The notes under the pieces were generated by a model. The model was not told the origin of the DNA. It did no database searches and saw nothing but the letters and a program-made list of their open reading frames with translations. Shown here piece by piece: positions 12,701 through 30,788 of a stretch of 64,000 nucleotides of DNA; position 1 is the stretch's first letter; the number at the start of each line of letters is the position of its first letter. The DNA lies in NCBI GenBank assembly GCA_003344405.1, contig NOWV01000003.1, forward strand, positions 1,488,001 to 1,552,000, in the 5' to 3' direction. A program made the position numbers and the translations under genes. This DNA is from Trichoplax sp. H2. Lineage: Eukaryota.

Positions 12701-15289
12701 AAGACAGCTTGAACCTTCATATTGCAATATTTTTAATACATACTGGATGCAATCTTGCGCTCTGCCTTTGTTTTGATATTCTGTAATCACCTAAGATGAT
12801 ATGAAAATACTTATACATTTAATACTAGACATAAATTGTTAATTTCTTACCGTAAACCCTAGAAAATGTAGTCTTATTTATATGTAAATAATATGCAAAA
12901 ATACCGTAGATAGTACATAATAAAGTATAACCCAAAACTGAAGTTACTTTGTTAGTTCTTCGTCATACAATCTTTCAAGTTTATATGACTTAGTTAGACA
13001 GTTAAATGACAATATTATAGCCGACAATAATTTTCAAAAGGCAAATACGTACTGAATGATTCAATTCCTATCACTCTTGTTTTAAAAGACCGAACAGGAA
13101 GTTTAAAATTTTATAAGTAATCAAATCTATAGGCGGGGCACTACTATTTTTTTAAAGCCACCTCAATACTTTATGAACAATCCATGGAAGGTAAAATCAG
13201 CTAAACTCATCTTCATATAATTACCTACGAAATATTTTGCTAATAGACAATTAATCAAGGATGATAAATTAAGTTTATAGGAGGAGCTGAGAAATGTGGA
13301 TACATTGTTTTACTTTTCATGGTTTAATACGGCCTATAACCAACCAATGGTTAATTTTTTCAGTGTATAGTATTTAGTAAGTACAGTGCATGTACATCGA
13401 TTAACACGTAAAATAAAACCATTTACAGTTGAGAACTTCCTCTTACTATTAGTACTATCACTCACTACTATTTGATCGCGATTGACAACACCTTTCCTGC
13501 GATGTACTGCATATATCATGTATTGATTATTATGTAATGTATCTCTAATCTCCAGTAGTATACTATGCGAGTATATCACCGCAAGCGATTAATAGATAAC
13601 AACCATCTGCGAATTCATTTGGCATACTACTGTACTTTACGCAGTGTAAAATGTACGAATAGATGATATCATATAAATATAACATAGCGCAAGAATATTA
13701 GCTAGTTTATAACATTGTAAAGAACATTTATCGTGTCTACTATGTAACATACAAACGTATAGAGGATGTATTTTGTATACATAAAAGCTTTTACAATAAA
13801 AGTTAAACTATTATACGTATACATGTATATGTCAGTGCCAAGAGTATAACAGCTAGGACTCACTAAATTGTTTCTATCAGGTATACAGTATAGTATATAA
13901 CCCAATACCTTTGACACTTTACAACATCCACTTAGCAATGTTACAAATGAGTGATTTACCACTGTTACAAACGTATTTCGCTTATAACGAAATGCAATGA
14001 TTATTTTATGCGTCCTTGTATACTCAAACTTATCTTAAATAGGCGTACAGCACATAATCAACAGCTACAGTAAACTACTGTGCTGTAGCTTCAAGATTTA
14101 TCATCGTACCTCGCTTCTACGTAACATGATGATAATATGCTGGTATATATAAAAATGTTTATTTCTGAAATACTAGAGATTAGAACATAGTTGCAGTCTT
14201 TCAAGAAATAGAGAGATTATTATAATTATTTTTATTTTATTAGCATAATCGTGAATTTCAATCTATACCCAACGAGGAGGCGTACGATCTAGTATCATAA
14301 ACTAATTAAGATTAAAGTAACATTACAATCGTACCAGCGAAGATCTAAAAAATGCTACTTCTAAGGGATCTTTCCGAGAGATTAAAAATTGTATATTGTC
14401 ATACTGTAGGTACAAACAGCAAAACATGATGATGTATAATATTGTGTACGATATACGCGTCATGGATATAGCGTAATAGTACATTATACACTACACTATA
14501 CAGTAGACAATTTTAAAACAGTCCAATTGCTTACTGTGTATTCTACTTGAAGGTTACATATCGAGCTAATCTCTACGACCTTGCATGTCAACAATTTAGT
14601 CTTCATCAATACGCATAGAAGCATACGCGTAGAGGCAAAGAGATCGGAGGTAACCTCGAAGACACCACAATTTTAGCAAGCGCGGTTGTAAACCCATATG
14701 GTCCAGAAACACTATCTTCTATTTCTGTACAATCTACCGTAATGTGTTATTAGGAAACTCAAGATGAAAGCCACGATAAATAATTTCTATAATTTTTAGT
14801 ATCTGTAATGTACCTGATCCCTAATAAAACAGATTCTTAACAACCTGACTACTATTCCTGACACCTACGAATTAATGTCGAAATATCTTCCATGGCAGGG
14901 ATGCATTATACAGTTTTATATCATAATTAACAGCAAAAGCAGGCACAGCCACTAATGTAACTTAATATCCTATACTGCATGAAAGTTGAGCATAAAGATG
15001 ATTTTAAAATACTGTAAATTACAATGTTAGCACACATTCAACACGATCTAAATCGTAGTGAAGACAATATAATTTACTAACCTGAATTAATTGAGCATTT
15101 TCATCGAGAATCTATTGTTGTAGCGTAAATATATGTAAATGCCAACTTTAGACAGTAAAAGTGACGATATACAAGTTAAAATATAAGGATCTATCAGTAC
15201 ATCAATTTAGCTAATGAATTTAGCCATTTAGCTTGTCATCTTACTTTTTGAATTTTAACACCGTCAATCTCGTCTGAAAGAGCCGTCAT
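9780..15289 (-). CDS. SS18: SS18/SS18L1 (SYT/CREST) family BAF-complex subunit, SSXT (SNH) domain; 5 exons, ~271 aa
   Basis: Exons 15289-15245 (MTALSDEIDGVKIQK), 15111-15082 (ILDENAQLIQ), 12790-12744 (VITEYQNKGRAQDCI), 11591-11516 (QYQRILHRNLLYLTSIADSNLQNHLM), 10397-9780 (N/Q/S-rich tail). The joined N-terminus matches the SSXT consensus IQKxLDENxxLIQxIxExQNKGKxxECxQYQxxLHRNLxYLAxIAD. Confidence 0.9.
11980..12019. mobile_element. CATGG-ended mini hairpin element (SS18 intron)
   Basis: catggactacta...tagtagcccatg (11/12 inverted match). Flanks actaatg / actgatt (5/7) resemble a TSD. Confidence 0.5.
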
Positions 15290-16288
15290 GTTAAAACTTG
15301 CACGATATCTTCCATAGAAAACTTGAATGTGTTGCAGTTGAGAACGACAAGAGGAAGGACTGGAGAGAGGATAGAAGCAGAAAGAACAGACTATACAGTA
15401 CAGTACGATGGACTAGAGCGTCCAGACGTCCATGACCTACAGTATAATATACTGTATAATACAGTATATTGTACCGTGGTGCGCGCACGGCATACTGTAC
15501 AGTACAGTACTGTACTGTACTGTACACTCAGTACAGTACAGTACTTGACGTCTTGACGAACAAATGTTACAGTACTGTACACTGTACAGTACTGTAACAT
15601 TTGTTCGTCAAGACGTCAAGTGTGTACTGTACACTGTACAGTACAGCATAATCCGAATCATTCAAGAACCTGACTGTACAGTACTGTACTGTACACCAGC
15701 AATTTAGAGATATAGCTGAACTGGAGAGAGCGAAAAATGATACTATACATGCAATGAATAAGTGAAAAAAGTCGTCCAAATTTCATTGCTAAATGGTCCT
15801 TGTTCAAACTAAGTCTAAANNNNNNNNNNNNNNNNNNNNGAGCCGTCATGTTAAAACTTGCACGATATCTTCCATAGAAAACTTGAATGTGTTGCAGTTG
15901 AGAACGACAAGAGGAAGGACTGGAGAGGAGAGGATAGAAGCAGAAAGAACAGACTATACACTGTACAGTATACAGTACAGTACGATGGACCAGAGCGTCC
16001 AGACGTCCATGGCCTACAGTATAAAATACTGTATAATACAGTATATTGTACCGTGGCGCGCGCACGGCATACTGTACTGTAACATTTGTTCGTCAAGACG
16101 TCAAGTACAGTACAGCATAATCCGAATCATTCAAGAACCTGACTGTACAGTACTGTACTGTACACCAGCAATTTAGAGATATAGCTGAACTGGAGAGAGC
16201 GAAAAATGATACTATACATGCAATGAATAAGTGAAAAAAGTCGTCCAAATTTCATTGCTAAATGGTCCTTGTTCAAACTAAGTCTAAA
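15280..16288. repeat. Two diverged copies (15280-15819 and 15840-16288) of the SS18 5' region on either side of a 20-N gap; probably unmerged haplotypes
   Basis: Both start gagccgtcatgttaaaacttgcacg and end ttcaaactaagtctaaa. They differ by several SNPs, pentamer indels and an inverted duplication. Ns at 15820-15839. Confidence 0.9.
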
Positions 16289-16590
16289 CCATGGTAAACG
16301 TCCCAAGCTTCAAGCGAATGCTCTATTACTCTATTGTACTGTACTGACCGACTGACGACAGTACAATACTTTCATGTTGATAAAACCTACCAAAACACGT
16401 GAAAAACAACTACTGTACTGTATACGACTCTACTGAATGCGAGTGATTTGTAATGGTTATCGGTCGTACAGTATAGTGGACATGACACCATACGCACTAA
16501 TGTACAGTACGATATACTGTACACTGTAACGAATTCTATGGTACTGGACTGGACTGGACTGTACAAGTGTACTGTAGTACTGTACAGTTA
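15391..16590. repeat. CAGTA/CTGTA array in the SS18/TAF4 divergent promoter
   Basis: For example tactgtacagtacagtactgtactgtactgtaca (15493-15526) and tgtactgtagtactgtacagtta (~16568-16590), between ATGs at 15289 (-) and 16749 (+). Confidence 0.93.
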
Positions 16591-16748
16591 TTCACTTTCT
16601 TCCAAATATCTCATTTCTTCCAACTCCAAGCGCCATCAACTTCTGCTACATACGTTAAAGTAAAAGTTATAACTAATTCATTTTACTGTGAAGATACAAC
16701 GCTTGGGGTTGTATATGTTTTATCGGCAGTTATACATAGTGGATAAGC

Positions 16749-19700
16749 ATGGAACCCAATAACTTTTTAGAAGAGTTACTCAAATCGAAGGTAGATGAGT
16801 CTGCGGTAAATGCATTGGTAGGATCTTTAGAAAGCCGATTATCTGGTCACTCTCGAACGAATGCTGCGTCTTTAAGCTCTAATCCTGCCGCTATGCAAGT
16901 ACCCAAACTATCAAACATGTCCGATACCACAATATCGATCAACAATATTTTATCTAATAGTAAAACTCAGTCAACTCCATCATATGCGACTACTGAATCA
17001 TCAATAATTTCAAATAGCCTTACACACAAAATGATCGTTCCACGAGGCACTACATCCACGGCTACGACCGCTCCGAGAAATCAGTCAAAGAAAGCCAATG
17101 TCGGCAGTACCACGGCTGCACAGAAATTTTCTACCATACCATCAAATCCAAATGTAATTTCGATGTCCTCGACTTCGTCGTCAGTTCGCCCCATTATTGC
17201 TCCTGGAGTAAGATCACAACTGGGATCTACTCCAATCGCGTCCAAATTAAATCGCCCATCAACACCGTTATCAGGTACTCCCGCTACAACTAATCCATCG
17301 ACAAGGTATATAGCCAGAGCCAGTATGGCAACAAATCCACGTGCAGCTAACCCAAATTTAGCAAGTCCAACTAGCACTATCTATTCCAGTAATCAACCTA
17401 TTCGATCAGCGAGCAAAGGAGCTATCCATGGTATATCAAATTACTCACCAATAACAACGCGTCCAACTGTAGCTGCTAGCGCTATGAGTACAGATGACAT
17501 CAACGGAGTCTTAATGAAACTTCGATCCTTCTTAGACACCCTAATTAGCGGTGCCCCCAAGGACGTACAGAATAGTGTGAAAGATTACGTTCAAAAGTTA
17601 ATTGTAAGTATTACTAAATATCTACTTAGAAGCATGCTACCAAGTATAAAAAAACTTGGAAAAGAAAAGGCAATACCGTATTGCATCTTTCCTATGTGTA
17701 ACGTTAGTTTTTATTCTATAATTATTTATTATCATTTTTTAAGATCGCTGCAAGATACATACATTACATTCGTTAGAAATCTATGCAATGACTGTGAGCT
17801 TTGAAGTATTATAGAAAATATACGACAACATAGTAACATCCATCTACTGTAGTAACAACTGTTTTGCTCAAAATTTATCTCTTATCACACTGTAGAAGAA
17901 CGAAATGACGGTGGACAACTTCCTTAAAGCTTTTCATTCCAACAAGGATGCTTCCCAACAGGAGAAACTGAAGCAATTCTTACAGGTATCTATCTAATCA
18001 ACTTTGCTACTGCTACTGTGCATACTACAACAGTGTACAAGTATACTCTTGTCAAAATAATCCTATTTGCGAGGATGCTCCCAGATAGAGATATCGTAGA
18101 TTATATTTATTATTGTACTAGTTATTCAGTGACTAATTGAAATCCTTGCTAGTTCACCTATCAGCTAAAATTGTGAACACATTCGTATATATACCCGTAT
18201 ATGGCTATATTTAAATGTGTTGCATATCCACATGACAAGAACACAACTTCAAATGTGACAAATCTTACATGATACTTTTTTATTTATATATTCGATTAGT
18301 ACGCATTACCTCTATACAGACAAGTCAATAGTGAAAACAGTGGTACCAAAAAATCGCAAACAACTTCCGTACCTCGTCAAACTACCATAAAGGCCACCAC
18401 TGCTCAGCCACACAGTCATATTAGTACTTCTGCCCAAGATAGCAAAGCTACCGTTAGAAACACTATCGCCATATCGACAAGCAATACAGTTCCTACAACG
18501 AGGTATGCAAGCATGTCTCAATACACCGTGACAAGTCCTAAATCTCAACCTAAAAGTAAACAAGCAGCAGCTACTTCATTAGCAAGCTCGACCAATACAA
18601 CGGTAGCGCAGTCGAAAATAGTGCAATCTTTAAAAGTCGTACCTGTAATTACTTCAGCTACGACACCAGTACGCACTAGTTCTACAACAACTACTAAACC
18701 TCAAGCGAAAAGTTCTAGTAAATCAACACACAAAGCGAATTCAGCCAAATCTACTAAAAGTACGCCTACATCCCATTCAAGCAGCAGCTCTACTACCCCT
18801 GCTACACTGAAGACGCCGTCTACAGCCACCAATGCGTATGTATCAAGTTATTATATATTTGAGATGCTTTCTTTTAGCATGATTTACTAATATCAATGAT
18901 TATCTATCATTGACTGTCGATGCGTATATGTCACGTCCATTGATTTATAATCTATTATTAATTTATGGTGCGTCTGCAATATGCGATATTGCACTCAGAC
19001 CCGCTACAACTACTAAGGACCATACAATCGAAGAAGAAGATGAAAATGATATTACGTCTATGGCAGGAGTTAATCTCATGGTTAGATAAGATAACAATTA
19101 TAGCATTACTACAACCACAATACCTAAAATCTAACATAAGCTTTATCTGCAGGAGGAAAGTGCTGCCTTACATTCCAGTTTAATCAGTTCAGATACTAAA
19201 AGTTGTAAAGACACAATAGGATTAACATCAAGCGCCTTGCAAAATAAAATCAAGAAGATAGGTTGATTACTATCTTAAGATATACATATTACTGTTTAAG
19301 TTACTTATATAAATCACATTTTCGGGTAATAGCTTTAAAGTATGGTATTAAAGAAGTATCTTCTGAGGTTACCTCATTAATATCACATGCAGCAGAGGTA
19401 CGTATGTATTCATCCGTATGTGGACGTTCCAATGATGCGTTTTAAATCAGAATGCTGTCCTTTTAGGAAAGGCTTCGAAATATAATGGAAAGACTAGCAG
19501 TTATCAGTCGTCACCGAGTAGAAACTTTAAAGGTAAAGAATTAACACTATTGATAAATTAGCCTGTAGAATAAATGATCGATCTTATCCTAACTAAGTAG
19601 CAATTATATTATATTTTTACCCAGGATGATTCAATGTATGTAGTAGCTGATGAAATTAGATCTAGATTACAAATTTTTGAGCAATTGGACAAATTGGAAA

Positions 19701-20384
19701 GAAAGAGGAAAGACGAACAGGAAAAAGAAATGTTAATGCGCATTGCCAAAGTGAGTTGTTGTATTCATTTATAATTTGTGAGCATGAAACAAGTGATTGC
19801 TAAATGTCTTAATAAAACTTAAAGAGTCGATCTAGACAAGAAGATCCTGAGCAGGCCAAACTTAAAGAAAAGGCAAAGCAAGTACGTTCATTAGTAAACT
19901 CTATTGCTGAATAATTGCTAGATCAAATGATATGTAAATAATGCCTATGAATTCTTTAGATGCAACTTGATGAAGAGGAAAGATTGCGTAAAACTGCTGC
20001 AAATACTACCGCTCTTGCTGCTATTGGTCGACGAAAAAGAAAGACCGAAGACAGTGTACATGTAATGACAGATTAATTATTACTTACTGTATGTGATAAT
20101 ATTATATTGTAAAATCTACATTTTCTCCTCTCATTCAGGTATCTCAAGGGACTCCAAGTCAAAATGTACTCAAGGTAATTGATACGGGATTTAAAAGACA
20201 TTTTTGTATGAATATGAAATTAACACCGCATTGATATTAACGAGTACTTTATTTTATGCTCATTTCTTAACAGAAACCGAGAAGAATTAGAACTGCTACA
20301 ATGAAAGATTTGGCTTTTGAATTAGAAAGTGAGAAAGGAACGTCCAAATCGTTATTCCTATATAAAGCATACTTTAAGCTATAA
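16749..20384 (+). CDS. TAF4: Transcription initiation factor TFIID subunit 4
   Basis: N-terminal FLEELLKSKVDESAVNALVGSLESRL, TAFH-like KLRSFLDTLI...VKDYVQKLI, ENDITSMAGVNLMEE, histone fold VTSLISHAAEERLRNIMERLAVISRHR, KSRSRQEDPEQAKLKEKAKQMQ, ANTTALAAIGRRKRK, C-terminal TMKDLAFELESEKGTSKSLFLYKAYFKL*. Confidence 0.95.
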
Positions 20385-21444
20385 AACGTATTACATAACA
20401 TTTTACGAATCAGTTTTCTGCGTGAAGACGTACTGAACTTGATTCATTATTTTATACATCGTGCCTAATCTTTCAAGTTTTAAATTATAAAAACGATTTA
20501 GACTGACCTTGTGTACATGATTGCAGGATTTGTATTTAGCTTCCTAAGCTATGCGTTACATTGATTACAGTATGTTAATAACAGTTAATCTTCATCTTAT
20601 TACATATTGATTTCGATCTAAGGCACTAAATAGCGGTAAACTAATAGTATCTATACTCCATTTGTGTAAAATAATGTACAAAATTCGAACCATAAAATCC
20701 AAAGTTTAACGATCAAAATATCGTTCTTATAATGTTGCCCTTCTGTTGTATTTGGTATCATGACATAGTGACGTGCTATTAACCTGTCTAGTTCCCTTTC
20801 ATTTCATACTGTATCTATATGAATTATAATTGCTAGTGCAGCTGCGATTGCTGCTTCGAGTAAATCACAAAACAAGCGATGCTACTTATTTGAAAATTGA
20901 TAGCTAAGTATAGGTGATTAATCTGATTTAGATAATATGTTTACATTCTTTTAACAATAGACACTTATGTTGCGTATTTATATAATCAAATTAATAACTT
21001 AGTGTGAATATACAAAATTCTAATTAGTAGCTATGGCTTTCAATTTACTGTACCATAACCTATTCGTATTTACATCGGTGTTAATTGAAATTAAATGTTG
21101 ACAATTGTGGTTTCATTGAATTAGAATTATAAAGTGTTTTGTACTGTACATACTGTGATTGATTCCGATGTATTTTAAATGCAAGTACTAATAACACAGT
21201 AGCGGTAACAACCAATTTGTGATTCCTAAAATTTATGTTTGATTTCTAAACTCCGACTGTTCCTGTGTAGAATCGAATCACCATCTATGTTCTTGATATT
21301 ATTCGTGCGTTTTGTAAACTATACAATGTCCACAAATTGTACATTTTACATTGGTCAAAGACTTCAAAGAGCTGTAACAGTAACTTTAATAAAAGCTGTA
21401 ACTTTTTGAAACCTAAGTGCCAGTTATCAATATTATTATTGTTA

Positions 21445-21549
21445 GGGAAAATTATATATTAACCAAAAAGGCAAGTTTTCATTAATTAATTGATAAATTT
21501 CGGAATTAATAATTAATGAAATGTAGCTTTTTTAGCTAATAATTTTCCC
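21445..21549. mobile_element. 105-bp imperfect fold-back with GGGAAAA...TTTTCCC termini (MITE-like)
   Basis: Left arm gggaaaattatatattaaccaaaaaggcaagttttcattaattaatt; reverse complement of right arm gggaaaattattagctaaaaaagctacatttcattaattattaatt. Confidence 0.55.
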
Positions 21550-21721
21550 AGATTATTATTATCTATCTATTGGGTGCTTTTTAGTTCTATGATTCTAACG
21601 ATTAGGTTGCAAAGTCACTACGTTGCTTTATATACTGTACATATATATATATTAAAGTGTAATATTTTCATACAGAGTGCAATACGTACAATGGCCAAAG
21701 CCTGATTCATGTTTTTCTTTT

Positions 21722-23105
21722 ACCTACCGTACTCTACTGTACCTCCACAGTACTGTACAATAGATCACTCGTTTGTTATACTACAGTAGTACTGTACTAC
21801 GATAGCCCCAGTATAATGACTTGATTCGTATTTTCTATGAGGGGGGATGTATACTTTCTACGGGAAGAACGTAACTTCTGAGGGGAAAATGCGAAATAGC
21901 AAGCACTACGTTATCCCCCTTTTATACAGTACTGTATTCCTTCAGTAGTATCTATAGTACGGTATTGTACTGTCATGGACTTCTAGAGGTATCTAAAAGC
22001 AAGTGTAGAAGTTGATGGTTCTGTAGAGTAGCCAATGTTTCAGAACGAGAAGAAACATTTGTTCATTGATCCCCATGATTTTCCCAGTTATCTTTTGGTT
22101 TATGTCGAATTTTGCGCAATGCTGAATTTCTCATTACAAATGCTTCTGAGCAAGCGTGAATATTTTTCTCTTTATTTATTTTATTTTATTGGTCTTCTAA
22201 GAAGTCGGTGTTTGAAAATTGTTTTAGAGCATGTACAGTACACTGTACTGTATGTACTGGACTATACTGTACACTGTACAGTATGTGATTAACCTTGATG
22301 CATTGGTACTACAGTACTGTACCGTACAGTAGAACAATGCATTCTGATACAGTACTGTACTGTACTGTACACCGACCGTACTGTACCATCCAGTACGGTA
22401 ATCCAACGGTGCGACTGCGCGTTACTTCGCTTCTGTTTACAATTCACACAAAGTTTACAATAGCAGGTACATTCCAAGAAATTTTTGTTGCATATTTTTG
22501 TAAGTTTCGTTAACCTTGGAATAAAATAATTGGAAAATTTAGTGATAAATGTCTTACTGTAACAATAGGATTGTATGGAGTACCGGAGATGACAGAGTGA
22601 CAGTGCTAATATGGGCGTAACATTACTGTATCTTTTCTACCAATAATCATTCGATCTACGCTCGTATTTCTCCTTTACTACAATAAATTATTAGCAGCAA
22701 TTCCCCAAAAAATTTTTGAAGCATTGGTGCAGAGGTAATAAATCTTGATGTTTATTTTTTTATTTTTTGTTTATTTTTGCCGTAAACGGACTGTACATTA
22801 TGGACTATGTACCGTACTGTGTAAGGTACTGTGCTTTTTCTTTTCCTTTTTATTACTGAACTCTATGAACTCTTTGGGAACCCCTACAGTGTCTACAGAT
22901 TGGATAAGAGTAAAGTACGGACTGCATGCCACAGTGCACGCGTACAGTACGGTACAGTACAGTACAGTGCACTGTTACTCTTGACTACGGAACAGCAAGA
23001 CTTCTGACATTGCGCAGTGAGTACGAATTATAGACTACTATATTAAGCTTAAGCATCATCAACAGTGCTATATATAAGTACTGTACACTACTGTACAGTA
23101 TAGTA
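21722..23105. repeat. CAGTA/CTGTA/CCGTA clusters upstream of RSPRY1
   Basis: Dense at about 21722-21800, 22232-22400, 22790-22980 and 23078-23105, for example tacagtactgtaccgtacagta (22310-22331). Confidence 0.88.
21974..22017. mobile_element. CATGG-ended mini hairpin element with 7-bp TSD
   Basis: catggacttcta...tagaagttgatg (10/12 inverted match). Flanks gtactgt / gttctgt (6/7). Confidence 0.5.
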
Positions 23106-23309
23106 TTTGAAGACCAACACGAGAGAAACAGCCTCCATTTCACTTTTGTGGTTCTACTGTAACAGTGTCACGTTGCCGCTCCCTCAATTTCGTATACATA
23201 CACAAGTCTAGAGTATCATCATAGTAAACAGTTAGTAGATCCGAATTCTTGCTAAATAAAGAGTTGTAGTTTAGTCTAGGCTTTGGATGTACCTTCGATA
23301 TCTAAAAAT

Positions 23310-29035
<5,726 letters not shown>

Positions 29036-30788
29036 AGAGCGAACACATGAAAAATTTCTACCTTTTGATGACATATTAAAGATTATAAATACTACTATAT
29101 TTAATTATTTAATTAATGGCTGATATCGTGGTATTTATGGATTTCGATATATACCCAATGCGAGTTCAATAAGAATTAATTTAAAAAATTGCAGAACCTA
29201 ATTTAATATTTCCTACTGCTAATTTTAAAGATTAAGAGTTACCTTCCAGTTAAAAATCTTGTACAGTATATCAAGTAATTGCTATTATTCATACACTATA
29301 CTATGTTTTCTCTACGGACTGTATATACGAGTATATGCGTATAAGTATAATGTAACTATTTAAAAATCTTTGATGGTATTGAAAGAAATTTATTATGCGA
29401 CATTCTAAAATTATTCTACATGCATTTGTAACGGAAGACCAACTATGTTTCGGTATATTTAGTTCTTCTAAGTAATTTGTAAATACTGTATGTAATATTC
29501 GTATTTTTACAATATTGTACGATTCAAGGAAAGATATACGCTATAATAAATCTCGTTTGAGTATTGTTAAGCGATGAGATGGAAATAATGATTGTCTGAA
29601 TCATTCGATTCGGACATTCTTTGCTACTCCCTGTGAAACAATATTGTATCACTCATATCTAAGTATCGACTTAATACAATAGCAACCTTAATATTTGATA
29701 CCAGTTTCTCAATTAGATACTATTCTCAGACTGTATACGTAATCGTAAATACTTTGTAAAGTGATTGATAAGGCATGAAGCTTCGACAGAGAAAACTTGT
29801 AGCAATTATATAGTGATCGGCAATGACACAAATTTACTCCCTCTATTCTTCTAAATAATCTATGATAATCGAGGTTAAGCGTCCTTCTAGTTGCGTGACA
29901 GTATAATTGATCCCTCATGGTTTAAACTTCTATACATAATCAACGCAATTTACAATTATTTACATCGAAAATAACACAGGATTTATGACAAACAAATGCA
30001 CCATACCTATCAATTCAGTATCTAAGTATATTACTGCATTGTTGCCTGTACTATTCCACTGCACATTCACTAGGTAAGCCTACAAATGCTATTCATGATT
30101 AGTACTCTATATGAAGTAGTACTGTACTGGGCATATGACTTTACTAATCGTGGAAAATTATGACTGAGTGAATTTATCATTACATTTTGTGCCCTAGCGC
30201 TTGCCATGACTACATATCATATGTTTATTTAGTATGCGAATGATTCGATTAACTTAACGAGTAAGGTTTCAAGATACTGTAGTTAAACAATACAATCATT
30301 TCTGTATTCATGGACTACAGTACTTGAATCATTGGTCCATTATAGTGTGTAAAATATAATGAAAGCTAAGATTATGTACCAAACCAGTAGATATCATTAA
30401 GGTATCAACTGCTATCTCGAGCGCTGTACAACCGTGTAATAGTAACACGGACGAGAGAAAATAATTAGACTAGTTTACAAACAAAATAAAGCTGTTGTAC
30501 TACAAATATCATAGCAATTGCCAGGCCAACGCCTTTTAATCTCGTTTCCATGACAGCAACTTGCAGAAGCGCTATCACCGTGCAAGTACAGTATAGTGAT
30601 GAATACGGTAGCACCGCTAGTAAAAGAGTATATATATACAGTAGTATAGCATCATTGTATCTTTTTCGGCCCTAGTAAGAAATCTATCATACGTTTAAGT
30701 CTCTATATAGGATCTTGACTGTAAACTTGTCTGTTATATCAAAACAAGGACAACACATGTACATGACTGTATGTACATAGAAGCCAAC

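Noticed and set aside
15840..16288. A second SS18 gene copy
   Set aside because: It contains only the first ~10 coding bases, abuts the N gap, and is best explained as an unmerged haplotype overlap.
30309..30341. A fifth CATGG mini-element (catggactac...tggtccatt)
   Set aside because: Weak arm pairing and no TSD.
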